60,420 nt of DNA from an uncultured Candidatus Saccharibacteria bacterium (GTDB lineage: Bacteria; Patescibacteriota; Saccharimonadia; Saccharimonadales; JAGQNJ01): the NCBI GenBank assembly GCA_964583075.1, contig CAZOUW010000004.1:1-60420 (forward strand), in the 5' to 3' direction. This document shows, one piece after another, positions 1 through 12,170 of this stretch. The notes below the pieces were generated by a model that ran no database searches, was not told where the DNA came from, and saw only the letters and a list, made by a program, of their open reading frames with translations. The position numbers and the translations under genes were made by a program. Every line of letters begins with the position of its first letter. Position 1 is the stretch's first letter.

Positions 1-177
<177 letters not shown>

Positions 178-312
178 GAATAAGACCTGATACTGTTTTT
201 TAAAAGAAAAACATTCAGTCAAATGAACTGACGTTGATAAATTGCACTACTCAACTTTTAAAGTTCAGTTTTTTGAGACACCTAAATATAAGATCCACAA
301 AAAGCTCGTTAC

Positions 313-341
313 ATCTTATCTGTTCTTAATATGTATGTCAA
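313..341 (-). promoter_or_regulatory. Candidate sigma70-type promoter for the rRNA operon
   Basis: On the minus strand: TTGACA (341-336), a 17-nt spacer, then TAAGAT (318-313). It sits about 135 nt upstream of the mature 16S 5' end and directly after the gyrA stop. Confidence 0.5.
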
Positions 342-343
342 TA

Positions 344-2869
344 CTAATTGGCAGATTCTGTTGTATTTTCGTCTTCATCGTCTTTTGGTTCAATAGTCGT
401 ATCCACCAAGGCTAATGATGCTACTGTATCGCCATCGTTCAAGCGCATGATTCTCACGCCTTGTGTTGCACGACCTAGCTGTGGAATATCTTTGAGCCCT
501 AATCGAATCGTCTGACCTTGCGTAGAAATAATAATTACCTCCGTCTCACCGTTTGTTAGTGCCTTCACGCCCATCAGATCGCTCGTCTTCTTGTTGACAA
601 CCGCGGAACGGATTCCAACGCCACCACGAGCATGCGCCGTGAACTGATCTACCTTAGTCCGCTTACCGTAACCCAGCTTACTTATAACAAAGATGTAGGC
701 ACCTTCTTCAACTAAGTCCATACCAATAACTTGATCACCACTACGAAGTCTTATGCCACGAACACCGCGTGCTGCACGGCCCATAGGCCTCACATCCTTT
801 TCGTGGAAGCGAATCGCCTGACCCTGGGAGGTAGAAATAAGTACCTCGTTATCACTGTTAGTCATCTTGACCCACTTCAGCTCATCACCATCATCAAGGT
901 TGATTGCAATCAATCCTGTGCTCCGAACATTTTGGTATTGTTCAAACGGCGTTTTCTTAACGACGCCTTTGACCGTACACATAAATAGGTTGCCGGTTTT
1001 CTCTTGCTTAGAAATATTAATGACTGAACTAACCTTTTCTTCTGGCTGGAGTTGTAATAGGTTAACAATTGCTACACCTTTGGCTGTTAAGCTAGCTGCT
1101 GGTACTTCATATGTCTTGATCCTAAAGACGCGCCCCTTGTTCGTGAAGAATAGCAAGAAGTCATGTGTTGAAGCATTTACAACGTGTTCAATGACATCTT
1201 CTTCGCGTGTTGTCATGCCCCGACGACCCTTGCCACCACGTCCCTGCTTCTTATATTCACCTACTTGGCTTCGTTTAATATAGTTAGCTGATGTAAGCGT
1301 GACAACAACCTGTTCATCAGGAACAAGGTCTTCATCGCTCATTTTTCCAAGTTCTTGGGGTACAATTTTTGTACGACGCTCATCAGCAAATTGCTTCTTA
1401 ATCTCCTTAAGTTCATCTTTGATGATCTTAAGTATCTTCTTTTCGTCAGCTAAGATTGCCTCGAGCTCGCTAATCAGTTTAAGAAGTTCGGCAAGTTCAT
1501 CCTCTATCTTCTTACGTTCTAGCCCGGCCAGAGTACGGAGCTGCATTGCGAGGATTGCCTTTGCCTGAATTTCACTTAAATTGAACTTCTCCATCAGGTT
1601 TTCTTGGGCTTCGTCAGTCGTTTGGCTCGCACGAATGGTGGCAATCACTTCATCAATGTGGTCAAGAGCAATTTTCAGCCCCTCTAAGACGTGTGCACGC
1701 TCTTTAGCCTTACGTAGTTCATATTCAGTCCTACGACGCACCACAGACTGCCTATGCTTAATGTACTCCTGCAAGATATCTTGCAAGCCAAGCACGCGTG
1801 GTTGAATACCGTCAACCAATGCCAGCATATTGAAATGGAAGCTACTTTGGAGCGGTGTTAGCTTATAAAGCTGATTCAATATCTTCTTAGGGTACGCATC
1901 CTTTTTGAGGTCAATAACAATCCGCACTGTCCCCCGTGCACTTTCATCACGCAGATCTGAAATACCATTAATCTTCTTATCTTTTACAAGATCAGCAATC
2001 TTCTCAATCAGACTCGCCTTATTGAGTGCATATGGTATCTCGGTTATAACAATAGAGTGGCGCCCCTTCTTGTTCTCTTGAATATCAGCCACGGCACGCA
2101 TAACAATACCGCCACGGCCAGAGGCATAGGCTGTTCGGAGCGACTCTTTACCGTATACAATGCCACCTGTTGGAAAATCTGGGCCCTTAACATACTCTAA
2201 TAAATCATCCGTATTTGCATCAGGGTGCTCGATTAAGTGGATTGTCGCATCAACTAATTCACCGAGATTATGTGGTGGGATATTAGTAGCCATACCGACC
2301 GCAATACCCATCTGACCATTCAAGAGGAGATTCGGTAATTTTGCAGGCAGTACCGTTGGCTCTTTGCGTGTACCGTCGTAGTTGTCCCTAAAATCAACTG
2401 TTTCTTTCTCGATATCATCAAGTAGTGCCTCGGCAGGCTTGGCCATCTTTGCCTCTGTATATCGGTAAGCAGCTGGTGGGTCACCGTCCATTGAGCCAAA
2501 GTTACCCTGCCCCTGTACTAACTCGTAGCGCATTGACCAATCTTGGGCCATACGAACCATAGAATCATAAATAGCGCCATCACCATGCGGGTGATATTTA
2601 CCCATAACTTCACCAACAATTTGTGCACTCTTAACCGTCTTACCACCAGGACGAATACCCATTCTATCCATCACATACAAGATACGTCGATGAACTGGCT
2701 TAAGACCATCCCGCACATCAGGTAATGCACGTGCGATAATCACACTCATTGAGTAACGGAGGTAGCTGTCTTCCATGACATTCTCGACTGTTCGGTTTTC
2801 GAGCATGCGAGAGTGGTTTTGTTCCTGCACTACTGTTCCTTCAACTGGTGTTATGTTTTCTTCATCCAT
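344..2869 (-). CDS. gyrA: DNA gyrase subunit A
   Basis: The 841-aa ORF has the [14 protein letters not shown] and AAYRYTEA (catalytic Tyr) motifs plus C-terminal beta-pinwheel repeats. Confidence 0.97.
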   Translation of the reverse strand: MDEENITPVEGTVVQEQNHSRMLENRTVENVMEDSYLRYSMSVIIARALPDVRDGLKPVHRRILYVMDRMGIRPGGKTVKSAQIVGEVMGKYHPHGDGAIYDSMVRMAQDWSMRYELVQGQGNFGSMDGDPPAAYRYTEAKMAKPAEALLDDIEKETVDFRDNYDGTRKEPTVLPAKLPNLLLNGQMGIAVGMATNIPPHNLGELVDATIHLIEHPDANTDDLLEYVKGPDFPTGGIVYGKESLRTAYASGRGGIVMRAVADIQENKKGRHSIVITEIPYALNKASLIEKIADLVKDKKINGISDLRDESARGTVRIVIDLKKDAYPKKILNQLYKLTPLQSSFHFNMLALVDGIQPRVLGLQDILQEYIKHRQSVVRRRTEYELRKAKERAHVLEGLKIALDHIDEVIATIRASQTTDEAQENLMEKFNLSEIQAKAILAMQLRTLAGLERKKIEDELAELLKLISELEAILADEKKILKIIKDELKEIKKQFADERRTKIVPQELGKMSDEDLVPDEQVVVTLTSANYIKRSQVGEYKKQGRGGKGRRGMTTREEDVIEHVVNASTHDFLLFFTNKGRVFRIKTYEVPAASLTAKGVAIVNLLQLQPEEKVSSVINISKQEKTGNLFMCTVKGVVKKTPFEQYQNVRSTGLIAINLDDGDELKWVKMTNSDNEVLISTSQGQAIRFHEKDVRPMGRAARGVRGIRLRSGDQVIGMDLVEEGAYIFVISKLGYGKRTKVDQFTAHARGGVGIRSAVVNKKTSDLMGVKALTNGETEVIIISTQGQTIRLGLKDIPQLGRATQGVRIMRLNDGDTVASLALVDTTIEPKDDEDENTTESAN

Positions 2870-2871
2870 AC

Positions 2872-4866
<1,995 letters not shown>

Positions 4867-5009
4867 TTACTTTTTCAGTTCCCTCGTTTTTACCTAAACC
4901 CATTGTAGCGAAGAATGCTTGTATAGACAACAGAAAAACCTTGTTTGAACACATAGTTTTATGGTTCAATAAGCTTAAGTAATTTAACAACAATAGGACG
5001 GGCCCAGAG

Positions 5010-6647
5010 ATGTTCAAAAAGCTTTTGTCGAATTTGCCGTTTAATCCCAGCCTCATAACAGAGGTTTCTTTCTATACCAAAAGACTAAAACAAGAATCCA
5101 GTCTAAGGAGAATTGGTTTTGTATTTGTCGCCCTGACACTAGTTGTTCAGGTGTTTGCGGTTATTTCTCCCGCTGAAGCAAGCAATCAGTGTAGTAATAA
5201 TGATATTATCCTTTGTGGCTTTAGGTCAAAAAGCGAGGCAGTACAGAAATGTAACGCAAATTCGCAAGGATTTAGAACAATAATTGAGTACTACGGCGTA
5301 AGCTGCACAACCTTAAACTCTGCGAGTACAAAAACCATAAAATCAAGTGATTATAACGGTCAACTTTACTCCATGGGGCGAAACCCCTATCAAAAACCTG
5401 GAGAATACGCAAAAGATATCCCTGGAGCAGGCAGATTTTATCTGCGCCCACTTTCAAGCTGGGGTAACAATTCTTACACAATGCTAGCTACTAAAACACC
5501 GGATGGTATGCCTTTTATGGTCATGTATGACTGTGGCAATATTGTGATCCAGAACGGTTACACCCCTCCTGCTAAACCTGAACCACCAGCAGTGCTAAAA
5601 GTAGCCAAAGTTAATGAACCTACCGGTGCCGTAAAACCAGGGGACACAATTAAATACACGATTGCCTTTACTAATACGGGAGGCACGGCTGCGCTTTTCT
5701 CTGTTAATGATACGCTCGGACCTGAGCTTGAATATGTCAGCTCCAACACAAATGGGTGGCCACAAGAACAGAATGGTCAACAATTCAAGTGGTACAACAA
5801 TACGCCTCCATTCTACACCTTTGGTAATACTGATGCCTTTGGTACGCCAGGGTTCATAACCTTGACCGCTCGGGTAAAGGCTGGGACAAAGTCAGGCACT
5901 TCTGTCTGTAATACCGCGTGGCTTGGTCATTATGTAAATAGTACGCCTAAGACCACTGATAAGGTTACTGTTTGCAACAAGGTGCTGGTGGAGTGCCCCC
6001 CTGGCACAATCGCAAAACCAGATGGTACCTGTGAAACACCCCCTCCCCCTGAAGAAAAAAATCCTATTCTTGCAATTGAGAAGAAGGCAAAAAACCTAAC
6101 ACAAAATATCGACGACGCCAACAACACCACTGCCGCTGCAGGCGATACTATTGAGTACACTCTCGTAACCAAAAACTACGGTAATGGTGATGCCAAGGAT
6201 ACTATTCTAAAGCCTGAGGAATTAGCGGATGTACTTGAGTATGCTGATCTTGACTTTAACTCTTTGGATGGCGCCATTTTTGACCAGGATACCAAAACTA
6301 TAGCTTGGACTAAGCCTATTACCATAAAGCCCAACGAGTCAGTAAAGAGAACTTTTAGAGTAAAGGTTAAGAACCCTCTACCTCAAACACCGACTCCTTC
6401 TGGTAACCCTGGATCGTTTGATCTTGTGATGACCAATGTTTACGGCAACACAATCCAAATAAAGTTACCGGGTGGAGTCGCAAAAACAACCGAACAAATA
6501 AATCAAACCTTGCCTAACACTGGTCCGGGTGAAGCTCTTCTAGCCGGTAGCGTACTCACGACTATTGTTGGCTATTTCTTCGCTAGATCAAGACTCATGG
6601 CAAAGGAACTCGAACTTGTTAAGCAGGAATATTCATCAGGGAGTTAG
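5010..6647 (+). CDS. Cell-surface protein with DUF11-type repeats and a C-terminal LPXTG sorting signal
   Basis: There is an N-terminal TM/signal segment ending in AEA. Two repeats resemble DUF11 (GDTIKYTIAFTNTGGTAA and GDTIEYTLVTKNYGNGDA). The C-terminus has LPNTG, a hydrophobic stretch and a basic tail (ARSR). Confidence 0.75.
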   Translation: MFKKLLSNLPFNPSLITEVSFYTKRLKQESSLRRIGFVFVALTLVVQVFAVISPAEASNQCSNNDIILCGFRSKSEAVQKCNANSQGFRTIIEYYGVSCTTLNSASTKTIKSSDYNGQLYSMGRNPYQKPGEYAKDIPGAGRFYLRPLSSWGNNSYTMLATKTPDGMPFMVMYDCGNIVIQNGYTPPAKPEPPAVLKVAKVNEPTGAVKPGDTIKYTIAFTNTGGTAALFSVNDTLGPELEYVSSNTNGWPQEQNGQQFKWYNNTPPFYTFGNTDAFGTPGFITLTARVKAGTKSGTSVCNTAWLGHYVNSTPKTTDKVTVCNKVLVECPPGTIAKPDGTCETPPPPEEKNPILAIEKKAKNLTQNIDDANNTTAAAGDTIEYTLVTKNYGNGDAKDTILKPEELADVLEYADLDFNSLDGAIFDQDTKTIAWTKPITIKPNESVKRTFRVKVKNPLPQTPTPSGNPGSFDLVMTNVYGNTIQIKLPGGVAKTTEQINQTLPNTGPGEALLAGSVLTTIVGYFFARSRLMAKELELVKQEYSSGS

Positions 6648-6649
6648 AC

Positions 6650-7210
6650 ATGACAGAAAAACTACATCATACATCACCCGAACATCACCGTTCCGCCGAA
6701 CACAGTGAGCAGACAGAACAGAAGCACCTCAAAGAGTTGCAAGAAAAAGCCAAGGATAGCCAAGAAGTATCGAAAGACACCATAGAGAACATCAAACGAA
6801 GCATCGAATCAACTGCTGTCAGCGGCAAAGAATATAGTGTTGGCGAAAAAGAAGCCAAACAATCCCATACCTATGGTGTAACTAAACACATTAAAAAAGA
6901 CGCCTATAAACGAGTCCTCAAGAAAACACAAAGCCAGTTAAGTACACCCGAAAAAAGCTTCAGCAAAACTATTCACAACCCCGCTGTCGAAAAAGTTAGC
7001 GATATCACCGCCAAGACTGTTGCACGACCAAGTGGGATACTATTTGGTGGCATAGGTGCGTTTGTCGGCAGCTTAGTTATATTGCTAATCAGTAAGCGTA
7101 GTGGTTTTACATATAATTACCTGATATTTGTATTGATCTTTATATTTGGATACTTTGTTGGTCTGATCGCTGAACTGCTTTACAGAGCTGTAAAGCCTCG
7201 CAAGAGTTAG
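6650..7210 (+). CDS. Hypothetical membrane protein with a charged N-terminal half and two C-terminal TM helices
   Basis: The 186-aa ORF starts 3 nt after the upstream stop, which suggests translational coupling. I recognise no family. Confidence 0.5.
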   Translation: MTEKLHHTSPEHHRSAEHSEQTEQKHLKELQEKAKDSQEVSKDTIENIKRSIESTAVSGKEYSVGEKEAKQSHTYGVTKHIKKDAYKRVLKKTQSQLSTPEKSFSKTIHNPAVEKVSDITAKTVARPSGILFGGIGAFVGSLVILLISKRSGFTYNYLIFVLIFIFGYFVGLIAELLYRAVKPRKS

Positions 7211-10095
7211 CCCTTTTTGCCTGACTGCATCAAGTTACCGTCACTATCAATAGCGATTTCGTCATTACCGAGCTTACTAAGATCAATCTCAACGTGGTCC
7301 TGTTTTGCAGATTGATCATCCTGAACATTAGATTGCACCTCAGGAGGTGCAGTAGTTAGACGCGAAGGGTCACGAACGTTAATCTCATCTTGTCGCGGCT
7401 GAATCGGCTTAAATGTTTGCCCTGCTCCAGCCACTGGAGCGGCTGGTTTAGGCGCAGATGGACGCTGGGGTACAGGTGCTGGAACGGGTGCAACGGCTTG
7501 TACCTTTTTCTTTGCTAGCCATTCATCAAGAAAAGAGCCCTGTCCCGGACGCTTTGGCGGTATAGCCGCGCTACTACTAGCTCCTTGTGCTATAGAGCCA
7601 GCAGGACGGCTAAGCGGAGAACCCTGGGCAGGCCTTGTCGGCTCTTTGGTGGCCAACCGAGTGAAGATCTCTGACTCCACCTTAGCCTTAGGGCGGCCAT
7701 ACTTGGCCGCTGAGAGCTGTTTTAGTGCCAATGCTAGCTTTTCATTAGGTTGACCCAAAGTAGGCAGCGTAGACATGCTAAATGGCTGTGTAGGCACCCC
7801 CCCTATTAACGTCCTGACAATTGTATTGAAGTTGGGTACCCTTAATAAGTCATCGCCGTCAAACAAAGGCTGAAAATAGCGTGAAAGTGCCTCAACATCG
7901 TTTTGACCAATACGAAACGAGACAATCGTACCCATATTACCAAAGACGGCTTCCCTAATCTCATCTGTTAGCTGAGTAGTAAACTGGTTGGCAACTATCA
8001 GGTTAAGGTGGTACTTCCTAGCTTCTGACATGATGGTAGCAAATGAATCCGTTGAGAAGTTCTGAAACTCATCAACATACAAGCAAAAATCGGTACGCTG
8101 ATCTTCGGGGATGGTTGCCCGACTCATAGCAGCCGCCTGGAACTTCATCACAAAAATCATACCAAGCAGTTTCGAGTTAAGCTCCCCTGTTCTACCCTTA
8201 CTGAGATTCACAATTAGGATCTTTTTGTTATCCATAATATCGCGCAAATCAAACGAGCTCTTGGTTTGACCAATGATGTTGCGCATCATTTCGTTAGACA
8301 TAAAGGCACCAAACTTACTCACAAACCAGCCCAAAACCTCCGATTTATGGTAATCACTGGTTTGAGCCATTTCTTTGTTCCAGAAGTCCAACACTGTTTG
8401 GTCAGTAACATACTGTTTGAGTTCACGCTCATAGTTCTTATCAGTAAACACCTTCGGAATATCAATGAATGTTCCACCAGCCGGGTTGGCCATAACCGTC
8501 AATGCAGCATTCCTAAACCAGTGTTCATAACGAGGACCAATAATACCCTGTCGTTGCGGATCATACAGTTTATAAAGCATGTTAATTGCCTCTTGGATCA
8601 AAAAGTCTTTTTGCTCCGGGAGATTAAACTCAAACATGTTAAGGCCCATTGGGTATGTCATCTCTGATGGACAGAAGTAAATAACGTCTTCTGTGCGTTC
8701 CTTGGGTACCATCGATAGCAATCTCTCTGCAACATCGCCGTGTGGATCAATAAATGCAAATCCCTCGCCGTTAAGCATATCTTGCAGAGCCAAGTTTTCC
8801 ATATAGGTAGACTTACCTGTACCTGTTTGCCCCACGACATACATGTGACGCTGGCGATCACTAAGACTCAAGCGAATCGGCTTCTTGGAACCCCTAAACA
8901 CATTGTAGCCGAGCAGTAAACCATCTGTTGGAATATTCCGCGGCGCATCAACCTGCTTGGACGCCTGACGCTCCAGTTGTGAGGTTGGAATGTTCTTTTG
9001 GTCAGGAAAGTGAAAAATACCAGCCAGCTCAACTGAATTCAGGATATTTTTATTACTTGCCGGTGGGAAAAACCGCAAAATATAAGCCGTAACAAAGCTG
9101 TCTATATCCTTTGCTGGCGTATACTTAAAGCCATTCTTGCCCGGGGCATCATAGAGCGAAAATGATGCGACAACATGATTGAGAATTGTCTGTGCCTTTT
9201 GGGATACATTAGACGATGCAACTACACGAATCATGGTCTCATAACCAGGGTGACGAGTTTTATCATCTATAGCATCCAACACTGCTTGTTCCATATTTGA
9301 TAATTCTGGCTTGTCTGATCCTCCACCATCTTTACCGCTCTTATCTTCAGGGGGTTTCCAGAGAGAAACAAATATCTGCTTTATCCACCAAAAAGCCTCA
9401 TCTTTTGGCTTCTTCGATCCATTGCCCTTGCGTTTTTTGCTTGCTTCTTCTGACGCACGCTTTCGCCATCCCGGATCAGCTGGCCTTAGTAAAATCTGAA
9501 TACCAACCCCGTCCTCTTTATCAAGCTCTGATAGAGCATTCAAAAGTGACTGAATCGGGTCACGCTTGATATCCTGGTAAGTAGCGATTGGATACGCAAA
9601 TGACTCTTTAAGTGTTAGTTCACCTCCAGTAGTTGCTGCAATTTTACCAACGGGGCTAAATATATTGTGCTCTGGCACTTCCTCTAGTCTTGCGGATGGG
9701 TAGGAGCTAATGACAGCCTGTTTAACAACGTCTACCATAGCAACTGGTACAGCCGCGTAAAACTTCACGAATCCCTTGGTACCGATGATTTCAAATGCAA
9801 AATGGCGTTGACCATAAAACTTCGACTTAAAACCCTTCTGCAGGGTGCTGGCAATAATACCGTACATGATTTGTGCTTTAGAGATATTTTCATCAATAAC
9901 CTCACGATCATCTCTCGCTCCGACGTCCTTATCATCACTGGGCGGAGGCAGATGAATCAATAGTGGTACCATCTTGAGGCCGCGCTCATAGTTCTTTTGC
10001 TCGCGCAGCAAATTACGAGAATGAACAAATATGATTGGCCCCGCAATGAATGCGGCCAGTATAAAAATTGCCAGTATAAATAGTAGAACTGTCAT
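7207..10095 (-). CDS. VirD4/TraG/TraD-like coupling-type P-loop ATPase with a large uncharacterised N-terminal region
   Basis: The 962-aa ORF has an N-terminal TM helix, Walker A VVGQTGTGKS and Walker B-like LYVDEFQNF. KYHLNLIVANQ resembles the TraG-D_C / TraM-recognition region. The C-terminal tail is Pro/Ala-rich. Confidence 0.7.
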   Translation of the reverse strand: MTVLLFILAIFILAAFIAGPIIFVHSRNLLREQKNYERGLKMVPLLIHLPPPSDDKDVGARDDREVIDENISKAQIMYGIIASTLQKGFKSKFYGQRHFAFEIIGTKGFVKFYAAVPVAMVDVVKQAVISSYPSARLEEVPEHNIFSPVGKIAATTGGELTLKESFAYPIATYQDIKRDPIQSLLNALSELDKEDGVGIQILLRPADPGWRKRASEEASKKRKGNGSKKPKDEAFWWIKQIFVSLWKPPEDKSGKDGGGSDKPELSNMEQAVLDAIDDKTRHPGYETMIRVVASSNVSQKAQTILNHVVASFSLYDAPGKNGFKYTPAKDIDSFVTAYILRFFPPASNKNILNSVELAGIFHFPDQKNIPTSQLERQASKQVDAPRNIPTDGLLLGYNVFRGSKKPIRLSLSDRQRHMYVVGQTGTGKSTYMENLALQDMLNGEGFAFIDPHGDVAERLLSMVPKERTEDVIYFCPSEMTYPMGLNMFEFNLPEQKDFLIQEAINMLYKLYDPQRQGIIGPRYEHWFRNAALTVMANPAGGTFIDIPKVFTDKNYERELKQYVTDQTVLDFWNKEMAQTSDYHKSEVLGWFVSKFGAFMSNEMMRNIIGQTKSSFDLRDIMDNKKILIVNLSKGRTGELNSKLLGMIFVMKFQAAAMSRATIPEDQRTDFCLYVDEFQNFSTDSFATIMSEARKYHLNLIVANQFTTQLTDEIREAVFGNMGTIVSFRIGQNDVEALSRYFQPLFDGDDLLRVPNFNTIVRTLIGGVPTQPFSMSTLPTLGQPNEKLALALKQLSAAKYGRPKAKVESEIFTRLATKEPTRPAQGSPLSRPAGSIAQGASSSAAIPPKRPGQGSFLDEWLAKKKVQAVAPVPAPVPQRPSAPKPAAPVAGAGQTFKPIQPRQDEINVRDPSRLTTAPPEVQSNVQDDQSAKQDHVEIDLSKLGNDEIAIDSDGNLMQSGKKG

Positions 10096-10523
10096 TCTTT
10101 ACTCTTGGATACGTCTTTGTTATAACGTTTTTTTATGTAGTCCGATTTGATTTCGCTGATTGCTTTATTTTGCAAATATGGATTATCCCGCGTCTTTTCA
10201 ACAATCTCTTTCGCCTTCTCCACCCATTCCTTTTCTATAAGATCAGCATCATCAGCTATCGAGGGAGAGCTGCTTGACAAGCTAGTCTGCTGTGATGCCT
10301 GTGTTGTAGGTGGTTCAGCGCTCCTCTGAAGTTGCTGTGTGGCAGCAGATTGTTGCTGCACACCTCCAGGAGAGTTATTTTGAGATACCTGAACGGGCGG
10401 CAGATATTCAGGATTACGTTCAGAACCCTGCTGTCTTGTATCTTGGGACGCGGCCATATCATGCCCCTGTTCAACAGCAGGCAGCTCCATCGGATTGGGT
10501 AGTTGCGCCTCATCGTAGCTCAT
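10092..10523 (-). CDS. Hypothetical Gln/Ser-rich protein, translationally coupled to the ATPase
   Basis: The 143-aa ORF overlaps the downstream gene by 4 nt (ATGA). The N-terminus is low-complexity and the C-terminus is a charged helical region. Confidence 0.45.
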   Translation of the reverse strand: MSYDEAQLPNPMELPAVEQGHDMAASQDTRQQGSERNPEYLPPVQVSQNNSPGGVQQQSAATQQLQRSAEPPTTQASQQTSLSSSSPSIADDADLIEKEWVEKAKEIVEKTRDNPYLQNKAISEIKSDYIKKRYNKDVSKSKE

Positions 10524-10588
10524 TCTGTTGTTAATTATATCAAATATCCGCCAATTTTACCCTCGTTAAGGCAAGTTTAATACATCTC

Positions 10589-10942
10589 CTACTGTACGGC
10601 ACGCGACTTAGCGCTGTACCAAATAACAATGAGGGTAATAGCCAGACACAGTACAACATCTCTAATTGTTAGTTGAGTTATAGACTGTATCACCAACAGG
10701 AGTACTGGCATTATGCTTAATACCAATGAAACTATTCTTTTTTGGTAAATTGATATATCAAAAAATGTATCCAAAACTATGTTTAACGTGGCGTATATAA
10801 GGCCAAAAATAATAAGGAACGGCAGAAGAATAAAAATTAACGATAACTTCTCTGGGTTAACAGATACAAAAAAAACTGCCGCTGCTATGTAGCTAAAGCC
10901 CAATAGTAAAGTGTTTTTTTGAAGTCTTGTCATCAGTATCAT
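10589..10942 (-). CDS. Hypothetical integral membrane protein (about 4 TM helices)
   Basis: The 117-aa ORF is hydrophobic throughout. Confidence 0.5.
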   Translation of the reverse strand: MILMTRLQKNTLLLGFSYIAAAVFFVSVNPEKLSLIFILLPFLIIFGLIYATLNIVLDTFFDISIYQKRIVSLVLSIMPVLLLVIQSITQLTIRDVVLCLAITLIVIWYSAKSRAVQ

Positions 10943-11949
10943 TATACTATTTTTTGAAATAAAAGCCGGACGGTAAATGCGCCCTTTTATTTATGACTTA
11001 ATTAGCGCTTACCGTCCTTGGCTATGACTGACCGCTCATATTTGCTGGTAGCAAATAATGAGCGCCGACACACATTTTTGTTTTAACTCCACTGGTACTG
11101 AGTGTACTTTATTTATTCGTTTTAGTCAAGAATAATTGTTGTGTTTTTTATTATTTATAGATATAGTCTATCAATTAATCGATTATTTCGTTGTTTTATT
11201 ACTGTTGTATATATATCAATGAATTAACTAATCTTGCTTTGTCTTGGTGTTTTTTTCAGCGCTTGTTGTCATCATCAAATCGCAAGCAATCATTGACGAC
11301 GAAAAATATCAGCCGTGTGCATCCTGGCTTGATGCTCACATTAATATCCGGTTCATTCTCTAGACGCTACGACCCTTCATGCGCCTGGAATTAAATTGTA
11401 TAAAAATCTGAGCTTTTATTTTTTGTGCCGTAATGGAAGTACTAGTATGATAGCTTTGCTACTGTATTATAAATATCGTAAGAAATGTAAGCACGTGCAA
11501 AAATCAACCCGTATACAAATAGTGACAAAAATCCACCGCACTCGTCCGCACAAGGGCACAAAATAACCCAAATACTAAATGGTACTATGCGGCTAGTTAA
11601 TCAATCTAATGCTTGTGTTGCCTATACCCAAAGTAGTGCCTTTCTAGACAATCAAACACAAAGCTTGGAGGCCTTGAGGCGTCAATCCTTCGACCCTTCA
11701 GGCTAACAAAAATACTAAAATGTGTACTCAAAATTTTGCAACCGTTAGTATATTTTGCCATCATCAATAGCCATGATGATGGTCCATGACTTAGGCAATT
11801 TAGTACGTATTTGATCAGGCTTGATTTGGTAAATACTGCTATCTTTACGATTAAATTTTGTTTTGTTAATTAAAAGTTATACACAGGTTTGTAAAAAAAT
11901 ATGCATAATCATGTTGACATGTATTTTAGTAATTTATAAGATGTATTCA

Positions 11950-12135
11950 GCACTTGAATAAAAAAAGTGCTCAAAAACAAAAACGACTTAGAAACAACGG
12001 CTTCTCGCAAGCCGTTGTTCCAATAAAAGAAGAGACAAACACTTTAAAATCAAAGCTCTCTAACAAAAACCCACCCAACAATAACTACACTCGCAAGAAC
12101 CCATCACAATACGTGATGGGTTCTGCTTTTGTTTA
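11950..12135 (+). ncRNA. Candidate small RNA or leader, bounded by a promoter and an intrinsic terminator
   Basis: Promoter: TTGACA (11914-11919), 17 nt, TAAGAT (11937-11942). There is an 11-bp hairpin at 11993-12019, then a long C/A-rich, G-poor stretch. The terminator is a 12-bp stem (12096-12124) followed by GCTTTTGTTT. The 60-aa ORF called here runs through the terminator stem. Confidence 0.35.
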
Positions 12136-12170
12136 ACCCATAACCATCCTGTTAAAATTCGAAGTACGTT

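Noticed and set aside
11954-12136. A 60-aa TTG-initiated ORF encodes a basic, Asn/Lys-rich product.
   Set aside because: It reads straight through a 12-bp terminator stem and an 11-bp hairpin and has no RBS. A non-coding transcript is more plausible.
10943-12170. I considered that the AT-rich gap might be the chromosomal replication origin, given its proximity to gyrB/gyrA.
   Set aside because: I found only one DnaA-box-like 9-mer (TTATACACA at about 11877-11885). There is no cluster of boxes and no dnaA or dnaN nearby. The idea is kept only as a low-priority possibility within the gap finding.
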